Virus record (IMG/VR): IMGVR_UViG_3300045988_072096
Length of the DNA stretch: 64,000 bases
DNA from: a virus
Reading direction: 5' to 3' (one strand)
Part shown: positions 1-14,100 of the stretch, piece after piece
How positions within the stretch are numbered: position 1 is the stretch's first letter
Layout of the letters: every line of letters begins with the position of its first letter
Position numbers and translations under genes: made by a program
The notes under the pieces: generated by a model
Databases searched by the model: none
What the model was told of the DNA's origin: nothing
Seen by the model: the letters and a program-made list of their open reading frames with translations, nothing else

Positions 1-3000
1 CTAGACGTAGCGCCTATTTGAGGGAGTCTGTTATCGTATTCATGCAAGAATCCTATATTAGACCACGCTTCTTGCATTGTTTCCATAAGTTTGGTGTAAT
101 AGTTGTTTAAATCTTCATTTTTTGCAATTTGTTGTGCAATAGGATTAGTGTAAGATACACTACCACGACCAATCGTATTGTCAGTAAACGGCTACATTGT
201 TACTTTTGATGTTTCGTCAAATCTGGTATCAACCCAATTAGGATCGCTATTTTCAGCATCCAACTTAGAGTATAATTGCGTAGGCTGTTTTACTAATGCA
301 TCTATCCATTTGCCATCAATGCTGACTTTACTAGCTTTAGGTGCAGTAATAGTAAAGATACTAAGCGGTTTTAATGTATTATCGTTTACGTCTTTGAACA
401 TGAATTTTGCTATTTCCTATTGTACTCTAAGTCCGTTGTTTGGATTATTAGGGTGTTCGCGCTCTATGCGCAGTCTAATAGACTGTTCTATTTTCTGTAT
501 CCACGGTGTTTTTAATCCAAATTTATCTTCGTACTAAGCAGAGATTTTTCCAAGTAATTCAGCGTATCTTTCAGCCTAGTCTTTTGATACTTTATTACCT
601 TTAGATATTTTATATCTTTCTTTGGAGATTTGTTCATCAAGTTTTTTAAGATTTTCAAAGAACGGTTCATAGCCATCACGAATTTTTCCATTCTCCAAAT
701 CAAATACCTTTTCAATATTAGGATACGAAATACCTTTTAATTTTATCAGAGACATAAGTTTTCTACGCTTATTCTACAAATCCTCAAGAACTTCTGATGT
801 CCTGTTTCCAAATATTTTTGCAATTTCGTCCCATATTTTTGGGTTAACTGCAAGATACGTATTATTCTGTTCAAATAATTGTTTATTTGCAGCGTGTTCA
901 TATGCAGCTTTATATGATTCTTCGTCTAATTTATAAGCGACTTTATCTTTTATAAACATTTGCCATGCAGATAATTCATCTGCAATCTTACGTTCTACAG
1001 TACCGATTTCTTTTTCTTTTCCATTAGAATCGTATATTGAAGATAATTGAGCCTTTTGTCTCTCTAATCTAATCAACTCACGTTGTTTCGATATTGGCAG
1101 CAAATCTGTTCTTGTAGGCCCTTCTGGAAGAGATTTTCTGATGGCATTTATATCTCGATCTATTTGTTCCTAAGCTTTCAACGTAACAGATGACAACATA
1201 TCGATTCGTTTATCGTAGTAAGCCTTAGTAAATCTACGAACACAATGCGTAGCATACCAGTCATTTAATTTGTGACGATATTTCTTTTCAATATCTTCGC
1301 ATCCATCTGGAAACATTATTTGTCCATCATCATCGAATTGTAATTCATAGTCTTTATTACCTAATCTATCTGCTATCTGCTATTCTACGCCGTCTTTTCC
1401 CTATAATATGACGTTTAAGAATTTATTAAGCTCTCCATAAAACTTTCCGTAGTTGATTTCAGTAACCCAGTTACCAGTAAATCCGTTTTCATCTTTTTCC
1501 ATGAAAAGTTTTTCAACATTAGTTATGAGCTCCTTCCATTTACCTCCATTTGCTGCGATGGCTTTTTTACGGAGAATATTTAGTTCTGTACCACGCTTTT
1601 TGACTTCATTATTTCTATCATTAGTAATGGTATTTATAATATCTCCAAGCATTCTAATGACAGGTGAATTTACATGCTGAGTTAGTCCAACAAATACCTG
1701 GAACACATTCATATCTCCAAATACATTTTGGTCTTCTATCCAAGTATGCATACTATATTTCATACGTTCCTTTAAATCGGTAGAAAGGTTAACGTTTTTA
1801 TCAACATAATCATCAACAAATGCATAAATCTGTTTAGATATTGCATTTTCATACAATTGCTCACAATCAGCGATAATACTTTCTATTCCAGCTTGTGATT
1901 GTGTGCCCTTTAACATATCTAACAAATGCTGTTTAACTTCTTTTCCGTAGTATAATTCAAATGTTGGATCTGCTAATGCGCGGTTTAATTTAGATATAAC
2001 ATTTCTATAGAATTCAATCGTATTTTGCTTATACTCCTGTAAATCTTTAAACGTTATTTCTTTATCTTGAATTCCTTCTTTTCCTTGCTCATTTATATCA
2101 AGATACTGTATTCTGGTTTCTCCAGTATTTGGATCGACTATTTCTCTATAACACAGTCGTTTATACTTACCCAATTCTGCAGCACGTAAGATATTTATCA
2201 TCTCTTCTATTTCGTCAAACGCTCTTTCTGCAAATCTTGTTATCAGCTTAACATTCAAATCAATTTCTCCACCAGTATGCGACATATCGCGTTTATCTTG
2301 GTAAGATAGACGCTTTTTATTTAGATCTTTGACAAATGCTTCACGTTGAACACGTATTCCTTCAACAAACTTTCTAACCTCTTCTTCTGCTAATTGCATA
2401 TTCATCAAGGTTATAGGATTTTCCTAGGTCTTACGGTAAGATTTATTTCTAGATATCGTTCCTGTTATAATATTTTTTATAGCACTTTGTACTTTGTCAC
2501 CAAGAAGCGCCTAATATTCTGGATTATTACGAGCCTATATTCCTTCATGTTTAGCTTCTTTCATTAACGCTTTTATGTCTTTCTTTTTGAACATTCGCTA
2601 ATCGGCCATTTTAAATAACAAACGCTCTTTTTCGTTCATTTTTTGTTGCTCGTTTATTGCGAATGCTATAGCCATATTATTTAATAAAGCATTGCGTGTA
2701 AGACTATTGCGTATTTTAAATGTTTTATATAACATTGACCCAAATCTAGTCCAAAAATGTGCAAAGAATGAATCGTTGTTTGCATAATCCATGAACTAAT
2801 TGTCCATAGTTTTCATAGTAAGTAGATCGACTAAAGTTTCTTCACGTTCTTCGTCAGTCATTCCTTCTTTATTTACAGCACGTAATGCTTCTTGTACCAG
2901 TTTACTGCGCCAAAACATACGTAAATAATGGTGAGCCATCTCATGATTAAAAGTAGATGGGTCTGCTGAATTCAAAGCTATTCCTATTATATGATGCGCC

Positions 3001-5132
3001 ATAGTCGATTTGGTATTATAATCATAATATCCATTTGCATCATCTAGATATTCAAAGAATTGAACTAATAGCGAATCCTTCCCGTCTGCTGTCTTCCATG
3101 TGCCGTCTGACTATCTATGTAATCCAAATGCTGCTGCTAATCGTAACTATGTAGATTGCATTATTTTGCTTTGTTGCTATTCTACAAATTTATATCTAGC
3201 GTCTTCTACAGCCTACATAATGTCCGTATTTGGATCTTTTTCCAATCTTTCTTTTACAGCTTCTACTACAAAATCATCTTCTGTTTGAGATAGTTTTGTT
3301 AAGATAGTTTCTGTTTCAGAGTCCTATTGAGATTCAGACTCAGTAGATTCAGAGTCAAGTAATTCGTCTACATTTATGGAATCATCCGCATACTTTGATA
3401 CAGCCTGTTTTGCAATTTCCTATGATTGATCGAATGTATATCCATTATTATCCAAAATCTATAATACAACGCCTTCAATCTAAGATTGTGAGTTTTTATG
3501 AATAGAGTTGTCGATAATAGATACAACATTTTCTAAAGCGTTATTAAATTTATTTTCATCATACGCAGGAATATATTTAAGTAATTCCCTAAAGTTTGGA
3601 TTTGATACAAATTCTGCAATGAACTCGTGTTCGTTTTTAAGTCCATATACGTCGAGCATTGAAAAATATCTTGATTTATTAGCATTGTCGTATGCATTTA
3701 GGTAATCTACATATCCTCTAAGTACTGCTTTTATTTTAGGGTGCTCGTCTATATATCTACTAGTAACATAATGTACCGCTTCGTGTATTATAATATTACT
3801 TATGTGCGTATAACTACGAACGTTATTATTTAACGATATGACTTGCCCGTCTTCATCGTAGGAACAAACGCCACCGATAGATTCGTATTGTTCATTGAAT
3901 TTAAAAAAATAAACTTTACCGTTTGTATATCGTTTCAACGTACTAAGCAAACTACCAATATAAGTTTTTTGTTTGCCTTCCGGAGTAAAATTATAAATAA
4001 TATTTACCAGATTGGATAGCGAATTTTCTTTTTTCAATAATCCTCTAACGAAGTCAATATTATATTTATCTTCAAATATAGCAGAGTCTCTTGCGTTTTC
4101 ATATATAGCACGAGAGTTCTTAGCTAAAGAATTATCGTATATAGAAGCATATTTAACAAACTAGTTATATAATTTGTTTTTTATCTTATCTGAAACATTT
4201 GGTTTAATATCTACTATCTACTTAATTCTTTGCAATTTGTTATATTTTTGCTACAAAGCCATTTTATGTAAATTATGGCCTTCTATGAATATCTGTATCG
4301 CAGTATAAGCTTTGCCTTTTTGAGTCATTAATTGATGTTTATAATGTCCAAAATACTTATTAAGCTGTGCTTCAGTTATACCTGCTTTAAACAAATTTGG
4401 AAAGAATTGTCGTATTCTCTATTGTGTTATTATATCATAATCAGATATATCAGTAGTGTGTTTTCTTAAGAACGATAGCATGTTTTGGACATACCATTCT
4501 CCATAAACAGACGAATTGTCAAGCTATTTTTTATACTCAGATATTTTTTCCTAAAGTACTGGTTGTAAATTTTGACATATATAGTCTATTCTATTGTACA
4601 CATCGTCTAATGATACGTCACCTTCTTGTACACCATCTAATTCATCTCTTGTAAATAAACCTACTCCAAGTAAATCTCTTACGTAGTCATTGTATCTTAC
4701 TAAAAAATTACGATAATTGTCTACATCTTGCAGTTTTCTTAGTTTACCTTTTGTTATTCTAAGTTTACTAACAAAATTAACGTAATAATCCAATAAATCT
4801 TCTGGTATATGTTTTTCTATCATTCCAGAAAGTGGTTCCCTATTCTCATCTTGGAATACTGTATCCATATTAAACCAGTCACCAAATTTACTAAGGAACT
4901 ATTTTGTGAACACTTTAGCTTTTGAAGCAATTGCTCCAGCTATCATTCCACCATGTATTTTAAGTAGGTCTTGAAATAGTATAGAAGGCTCCCCATTGGG
5001 AGCCATGTCTATACTGTTTCCATTATTTTTAGACCATATATCGTAGGCACCTACTTCTCCTACAACGTCTTTAATCTAATTAAATTTCTCAGCAACTTGT
5101 GGTCTACTGAGTATTGGACACATTATTGCCAT
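1..5132 (-). CDS. Very large virion-associated protein, 3' end cut by the window edge (at least ~1,710 codons). It has two zincin-type HExxH motifs and requires TAG read-through.
   Basis: The seven listed minus ORFs 192..401, 774..1103, 1401..2408, 2598..2792, 2796..3002, 3480..4037 and 4551..4868 all share one frame (end coordinate = 2 mod 3). I walked every gap in that frame and found only plus-strand 'cta' (TAG), with no TAA or TGA. The ATG at 5132 lies 5 nt after the TAA of the upstream giant ORF. HEMAH is encoded at about 2928-2945 and HEAVH at 3771-3785. Confidence 0.7.
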
Positions 5133-5137
5133 ATTAT

Positions 5138-8100
5138 TTATCCTTTACAATGTTTACGTACTGTATCATCAAATTTATCGCTTGATTTAGCTTCTTCTTT
5201 TTCATTTTGTAATTCACTTCTAGCTATCGTTAATGATTTCGTAACTCCATCTTCATTACCTTTACGTATTATTTTAGCACTTTTTGTATTCAAGAGCTGT
5301 TTTAAGATTTTAGGATTCTATTTAAACGATTCTTTCATATTGTCAACCATCATGTCCACTGTAACCCTTACACTTTCATCTCCATATTGAGCTCTAGTGT
5401 CATTTAATGTTTGTCGCATTACAGTGTATGCTGAAGAACTATGCAATTCGTTTAATATTTTATCTTTAGCGTCTTGTGGAATCATCGAACTGTTCATTAC
5501 TGCTTCACAGTAATTAGCCTGTATTACATTATCATACTATATACCATTTTTTGTAAATGGCCTATTATACGTATTGCCAAATTGTTCAGCGTCTTTATGA
5601 GACAGATCGATCGGTTTTACTTCTTCTATATCATCAACATCGAAGTCATCATTCAATGAAGTATCTGATTTACCTTTTTTCTCGGAAGATTCTTTTTCAG
5701 ATTTTGAATATTTATCAATTAAAGCTTGCATATAATGCAAAATCTCATCTTCATCGTTCTATAAATTCTCTGACTTCTCTAGTGATTCAAGCTTTGCTTT
5801 AAAGCCACTATAAATATCATTTGGAGATCTCTTTATTGCATCATAATACAGTTGTTTAACCTTTTCTGCAAAATCTTTAGCACTAAGTTGTTCTTTTTGT
5901 AATTCTTTAATCCTCTCGTCTTTAACTTCAATGTCTTTAGCTCGAGATTTAAATTCATCAAGACTTTCTTCTTTTACTTCAGATTTAGCTTTATTTAAAT
6001 CTTTTCTAATCTTAGTTAGTATCTTACTTAATACACCACCTTGCTGTTCTACACCTTTAGAATTCTCATGAGAAATTGTCTTATCACCAGTATCTAGTAA
6101 TGCCTTTTTAGCTTCTTCATTCTACTGGAATGATTCTGTCATATATTTGGCGAGTAATTCATTATAGTCGTCACTCCACTTATTTGTATCAAGACCTTCT
6201 ATATTCTTACCATCTTTACGTGCTTGTATTGCTGATTCATCAGAAACTTTTTGCAATTTATCAAACAGTTCTTGTCCTTCGTCTGTTAAAATAATGTTTC
6301 CAGAAGCATCTCTCTCTTTTACATATTTACCTTCATCTGTATATAATAATTTAGTAGCCTAAATAGCGCCTTCAACAGAATTAAATTCAAACTTGCCTAA
6401 CCCGTCTATAGTAGCAGTAAACTTACGCTCTGATAGATTACTAAGTTCTCTATGTTGATCGTTGCCATAATGTACGTTTACAACCTTATCATTAGTTTTC
6501 TTATCGGATTTTTCAGTAGATTTACCTTTAGATTTTTCATCAGAACGCAATTTTATACGATGATCTTCATCTATATATTTACTGATTATCTCCTGAAGTT
6601 TAGTTTTAGTGACGTCTAATTCGTTATACTCAAATTCATCACCTAAACGTTTAATTAATTCAGTTTCAGTAAATAAAACCGGACTATTGTTGATAAGATT
6701 TGCAAATTTATCAATAAGAGTGTCTTCTGTAAATGGCTTATCTGACATCAAATGCTTACCGCTGAAGAATTTGTTTATAGCTTCTACTGTAGTATCATCA
6801 TACATAACCGGTCTTGTATATTGTGGTCTAATATAATCGTAATTATAACTTCCTGCACGCAATGTTGTAGAATTAGGTATAGTAATTGCGTATATCGGAT
6901 AAACGCCTTCTCCTGCACTTGCAGTATTTAAAGGTTTTGTATCTACAAGGCGATACAGTATGAAATTATCTGGGTCATATTTATCAAATCCGCGTTGTCT
7001 TACTTTTATAAATAACGGGAATTCCTACATTCCAGTTTTTTCATTCATAAAAGGTTTTATTGTAGAAATACGTTTTCCGTCTTTAGGGTTTGTTTTTACA
7101 CATGCCATTAATAAATTGACAGTCTTAGATTTTGATCTTGTGATAAAACTAGGTTTCCCGCCAGATTTACGCTGTTTCTGCACTAATATTTTCTTTGTAG
7201 AAACAGCTTGTGTGTAAAACGAAGCCTGCCATGATTTATAACGTTTAGTTCTAAATTCACGTACGATTTGTGGATCTGTCCAGTTATTATAACAAATCAT
7301 TGCGTACATTTCATCAGAATCCATCGGATAGGTTCCATCCTTAAAGTCGTCTTGTGCATTCGCCATTAAATCATTATATCCAGAATCAATTCTAATTGTG
7401 TTTGGAGCATACTTAAAGAACTTAGTTCCGCCTGTAGTGTCACCAGAAGTGTAAAACGCATATACAAATAGGTTTTCAGCAAATTGCTTAAATGTAATTT
7501 TCTGTTCTCCGTATTCTATGTAATGTTCTTCATCGTGATAGAGTTCGTCCCATGCGCGTTCTATTGCATTAGCGTTGTCACTATCATCGAGAACTGCATT
7601 TTCCAATTTTATGAATTTTGGATTAGCATACCCTTCTCTTTCTTGATATACGTCAGCCTATAATGCTTTTAATAGGGGATTTATTATAGTTCCATTAACA
7701 CCATAACTTGCAAACGAACCTTTCTTGTCATTTCTGATTTTATTCTATATCTTAAGTAGCTGATCTTGAATTGTATTATCGCCAAAAAACAAGCTTTCAG
7801 CATAATCCATAGCTGTCATTCCTCTATCTTCTGCATAGTCAGAGACGATGTCATCATCAAATATAAGCTATTTGACAACTTTCATCATACATCTTGATAC
7901 TTTTTTGCTCAATTCTTTATTTTGTTCAGAAGAATGGAACTTTGCCATAAGATCACTATGCATGTCTCTATATTGTTCAGTTCCTTGCATAGAAATTTGA
8001 CTAATTATACGTTCATATAAGCTTAATGCATTATTCGTCTTTTCCCCAATAAACGATTCGTTTTTAAGTCTATTAAGACCGTATTGTTCAAACAGTCTGT

Positions 8101-11100
8101 CATCGTTATCAAACACATCGTTGTATTTTGACTTAAACGCCTATTGTTCAACATAACTCTTACCTTGTTTTTTTGTATCAATTTTACAAGCATTAACTAA
8201 ATCAGAAAGTTTTTGTCCATATTTAGACATTTCCTAGTTTATATATGCCACGTACAATTGTACTTGTTTTGGTGATAAATCTATTGTTGTATCTACAAGT
8301 TGGCCATCATCGTTCTATACTTTAACATTAATTCTATATCTAGAAATCTTGTCTTCAAGATTATCAAACGACAATTCTTTATTTATATTATGTAAGACGT
8401 CCTTATTATTAAATATATCTTCAAGTATGCATCCAGATTTTGTTATAATCTCTCCATTATCTTGGATATATTCAAACTCGTTGCTATATGAACCATCGTC
8501 ATTTATTCCAAATAATGCTTTTGCAAATGATGCTATTGATTCCTCTACGTCAGTATTATTATTTCCAATATCTTGTAATGTCTTCTTTATATTTTTAAGA
8601 TTTCCTGTATTTGCGGCATCTTTAAAGTTATCGAGTATATAGTTAGTAACTGCAAATCTTTGTCTAGCAGCTTTGGATATAGTAATATCCTCCATATAAT
8701 TTCCACCTGCCGTTTCGTATACAGAAGCAAGCTCTTTCATAATAGGCTGCGATAAGAACATAAATGTACGCTCTCCCATACCTGTTCTAACTAATAAGTT
8801 AGTTGTATTATACGTAAACGTATTGATGTTTAATCGCTATATATACGGATCTTTGGCTACGTCCACATGAGCATTAATTAATCCTGATAGCCAAGATAAT
8901 TTTAAATTACCCTATTTATCTTTAAGACTGCTTAAATCAAGACATCCTAATTCTCTAAGAAGAGGACAATGGTCTGAGTCAAATTTAACACCATATAGCT
9001 GAGTTAAAATTTGACTATTGTTATTTAACGCAAACGGACCAATTCCGAATTTACCAACCACAAAGGATCCTCTAGTTCGTACCTAAAATGCAATATTACC
9101 AAACTTATATGCATATTCTTCTTGAGCCTATTTGTTTGTTTCAATTTTAGCCAATACGTTCTTGACAAGATTTGTATCTGAATCGATAGAGCGTAAACTG
9201 ATACCTGCACTTGCGCCATTTACAATTCCATTCTTTCCGAGATCTTTTCCATGATCTTTTAATATTGTAAGATAATAATTAAGAAGATTATTTCTAGATT
9301 TATCTTCAGAATCTTTCTTAAAATCAGTCGATACTTTGTCTATGGTAATCTTCTTTCCATTAGATTCTACCTCAATCTTATATGACCTATAACTTAATCT
9401 TGACAAATACAGTTTATCGATGTCGAAGTCAGAACCCGTAACCATTGTGAACTCTTTAGGAAGTACTATTGTATCTCTAACTACTGGCAAAACATCAACG
9501 AATCTTAATGCATGAATTGAAGATTGAGCCTGTGTAGGAATACGTGAAGCTATAGTGTTAGCTTTAGCATCTTTTCCTATAATCTTATTCTTTATAAGCC
9601 ACTTTCTACTTGCCTCAAAATCGTTTTTAAGACCTTCTGGTATTATATCCATAAAGAAATCTATAGATATAACAGCGTCCATACTTCCTTCCTCATTGAC
9701 AAGCTTAAGTTCGTTTCCATCATTAATTGTAGGAGAAAGTTGGTCGTCACCTAATATAGTCGGTTTACCTTCCATACTCCAGACAGATCTTTGATAAAAA
9801 GCATTTCCTTTTACATTAATGTCTACTATCTTTTTGTTTAGCTTTGCTACAAGTATACTCTGTATCCAATCGATAGAGGACATTGCTTCAAGATTAACTT
9901 TAAAATGTTTCTTTCCATCATTATCGACCTCTACTTGAATGCCATCAATCAAATTTTCATCAGCATCACGTGATTCTAATTCTTCTTCTAGGAATCTACT
10001 AAACTTTTCGATGTCTAATTCTCCAGAATCGTCAAACATCTCACGCTCGAGTTCTTCCATTCCGTACGTAGACAAATTATTGATCTCACGCATTATTTCT
10101 CGCAATAAATCTCTACCACGTAAAGTCTTTCCATCTGGAGTAGTATACTCTTTATTTTGTATAAGACTAGTAAGCGCAACTTTCGTCATCTGTGTACCCA
10201 TTTGAGCAAATTGCTTTTCATGAGGATCTGTATTCAACTGTTTACGTATGAATTTATATTCTTGATCATATGTATCAAACTAGAATGCTTCAAATGCCTC
10301 CTTGTCGTTAAGTAGTTTCTCTGTCAATTCTGCAGGAGATTGAGAACCTATCTTAACGGCACTATGCATCATTAGCATATCTATGTGTTGAGATTCCATT
10401 TTACTAAGTATTTGTTGAGTATATCCGGTGGCCATTTGCTTGAATAGTGGGAATAATGCAAACTTATTATAGTACTGTATTTTTATATCTCCTACAGGTC
10501 TATATCCATATGCACTGTATTTTTGTGCACCAAGCATTGCTTCGTATATAACTTTAAATGCCTACTTATTACTAAGAATATTGCTTTTTCGCTTACCCTC
10601 TAGATATTCAAAGGCCTCTCTTACAGGTTGTGTATACTTTCCAAGTTGACGTAATAAGTTTTTAGCCATTTTTGGTGTTATAAATGCAGCACCGTCTGCC
10701 ACATTTATCTAAGCTCTGCCTTTTTTATCAAGTCCAAATGAAGATGCTTCGTCTTCACCACGCTTTTTTGCTACATTAAATAAAGTAATCTAACCAGCAG
10801 ACTCAAAATCATTCTTGATTTCATCAAGAGACATCTCATTTACACCATTTTTTCCATATATCCTATCTGCAAGTTTGTCTAATTCATCTTGATCAACTAT
10901 ATCCTTAGACTTATATTCATAATAAATTTGACGTATTTCTGCATCTTGGAACAAAGAATTAAGCATATCCAATTGGTTAGATACAACCATTTGATCTTCT
11001 ACTTCTGCGCATTTATATTTGCTACGTATTCCAACCATATATGGCCTATTTCTTTCTCCAGTAGAGCCAAGACCACCAAGACGCTTAGTTTGATCGCTAT

Positions 11101-14100
11101 GTCTATCTACAAGACGTTTTACGCCATTTACAATGTCATATACCCATTTATATGATATCGGATTTCCAGTATATAAACGTTCTATTTCTTCTTCTGAGAT
11201 AATACCTCTTAAATATACATCCCACATATAAGCAAGTACAGCCTAACTTCGTGCTTTTGCTGCATTTTCTATTGTTATATTAGATCCACTTGGAGTTAAT
11301 TCAGCTTCATATTTAGCTTGAAGCTTATCTATACATACACTGTCGAATGCGACGTTTTTATATGTATAAAGTCTTCCTAACTTCTCAACACCTTCGTTGT
11401 CGTTTACAATTGCTCCACAATGTTCTGCTAAAGCTAAGTCATCGTAAAAACCTTCTTCCAGTGTTAATGCCATCATTTCTGCGCGTTGCTTGTCAGTAAC
11501 ATGATCTCCAAAGAATAAATCATCTGCTTTTTGTAAATAATACAACGGATCTTTATCGCCAGTTAAATGTAACCATCCGATACTTCCATCGTCTTTTCTA
11601 TACGCAATCTTCGTCAAAGAACCAAAGCGCATTCTATTATCACTAACACGCTCTATCTTTTTCAATATATTAAGAATAGATTTATCCTTTTCTTCATTTC
11701 GTTCTATTTCTCGTGCTATGGCATTTCTTTCACAAAAAGCATATTCGATCATCTGTCTGATCTATAAATCATATGGATTTACGCTTATGTGTAATTCACC
11801 GCCAACTTCTGTTACATGTAACAAATCGGAAGTCTATGTGTTTGTAATATTATGATAATCGATACCAGGAGTTTTTATTCCATCCAAAAAGAACCATGTT
11901 GATTTATCACTCAACGTAGGAAATACAATTCTACCTGCAGCAAGCATACCGCATTTACCTACAAAATCTTCACGCTCAGACGTCTTAGTATATTTTACAC
12001 CTCCTTGATAATCGCTATCAAGTCTAGCACCATTGTATGTCTACAATTTAAGTTTAAACTTATCTCCTGTAGCAATATACTTCATTATAAGAGATCCTAT
12101 CCTTTGAATACGGCCTGCAACTTTTCTAGTTGACCAACAGTAATTCCACTTAGATGAATCTTTAAGAATTTTACTTCCAGTAAAACTATCATTTTCCTTA
12201 TCATACCCACCTTCATTGATATCTTCAGTCATATCATATGCAGTGTGTCTCTGTGCCATTGTGTAATTCTTAGTACCTTCTGGACCATTTGTCATAAGGT
12301 CTGTAGATGTTTTGTTATATCTGCTGACAGCTTGCGCACACCATTTTATAAAAGAGTTGTCTGAATAAATATTTGTTCCAGACGCGAATTCCCTACTTCT
12401 GCCTTCAATTACTTCTTTCTTACCGGTCATCAATATATCGTTAATTTTTTCTTGATTTCCTTTAAGTAATGTTTGGCACAATGAATTTCCATTTTTATTA
12501 TATACGACAGATTCTATGAACTTCTAAAATGACAGATCTTGTTTAGCACTTGTGATTAGATATCCAAATGCCTTCTAAATAGATATTCCATTGCCGATAG
12601 TATCAAAATGTTCTCTTAGAGCCATTTCTAATGCAGGCTTTTGGATATCTATACCCAAGATATTCAAGCTGTTTATAAATTGCTGTTCGATATATATAAA
12701 ATCATCTTTGCTATTTTTATCGACATCTCTTTCTCCGATTTTATGTGTTTTTGCGACAGTTGTATACAATTTGTATATTTCACCCAATGTATCTTGCGCT
12801 TGTTTTAACAAAACTCTACCAGTTTCTTCTTCACCATTTTTAACAAACTTTATATTTCCATTTTTGTTCATGAAGAATATTCCGCTAACTCCAGTTCTAA
12901 ATTGTGCGAACCATTGCTTAGGGAACATACTTGCCGCATAACCACTATCTGAAGATTTAATACTGCTTGTATATTTACCATCCACTGGCTGTCCGTCCTC
13001 ATCGTGTACTTGAGAGAATACTACTTGCATAAAATCAAGTTTCTAACATGATACGAAATTAAATAACTGAGTAGCTAATGCTTCACTACTTGTGGAATCT
13101 ACATCGTAATCATATTCACTGATTACATTTCCGCTGTCTTTTCCATCTTTATCTGCTGATGTGAAATAAATTCCGTCTTCTCCATTATGCTAGAAATATG
13201 AGTTTTTCTTTAATGGTTCTCCATCTTTGCCAATCAGTATATACTTACCATCATCGTGTTTTTTAATAGAGTTATTTAGCAAAGCATTTAGCTTATGCTC
13301 AAGTCTATAAAATACAGGTTCAGTTTCTGCTAATTCATGAAGTTTCTACAATAGATCTTCTGCAGACTTACAATCGTGACATGCAGATAACAATAGATTC
13401 TTAACCTGGTTTCTAGGTACATATCCTGTAAAGCCTAATATTCCTCTATTGTTTGGTATCATTACTCTACTACCATCTTTATTCATTGTAGATTTTACTC
13501 TGCCAACTTTAACGTCTTCTTCAGTAGCAAATCTTTCGTCTGGAATAGTACTTAACATAAATCTTACTGCAGCAGTTGTGTCTTCAGAACGATCGTGCGT
13601 GTAAAAAGCATCATCATGTGCCGCTATTTCTTGACCTATATATGAACTATTCTCATCATCTGCTACATCGTTTTCATCATCTTCTTGTTTCTGTAGTCTG
13701 TCTAATTGAGAATCGATTCCGAGAACCTATAAACGTCTATTTATTTTCTGTTCGATTATATCCCAATTATTCTTATCGAATAACTGAGCGAACATTTTTT
13801 GAGATTGATTTAAGTCTTCAAATTTACGCTTATTTTCCTGTTCACGTATAAGAATAAGGATTTGTTTCTTTAGTTCGTTTATATCACCCTTTTCTACTTT
13901 AGCTGCAGCCTATCTTGTTAACTCTGCTATTTCCTATGATCCGTAATTTGTCTTATAGTACTATATAGCATCTTGTACAGTCATACCGTCATTTATATAT
14001 TCTCCAGTTAAGACTCTAAAGAACGCAGAATGTTCAGTACTTTCCTTTCCGTGAAATAATTTTTGCATTGAGCTTAAATCAGTAACAATTCTTGCTGCAT

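Noticed and set aside
512-715. Minus-strand ORF 512..715 in a different frame from its neighbours
   Set aside because: The neighbouring frame (2 mod 3) is open straight through this interval and gives a plausible protein sequence. The 512..715 product is a Lys/Leu-rich shadow ORF.
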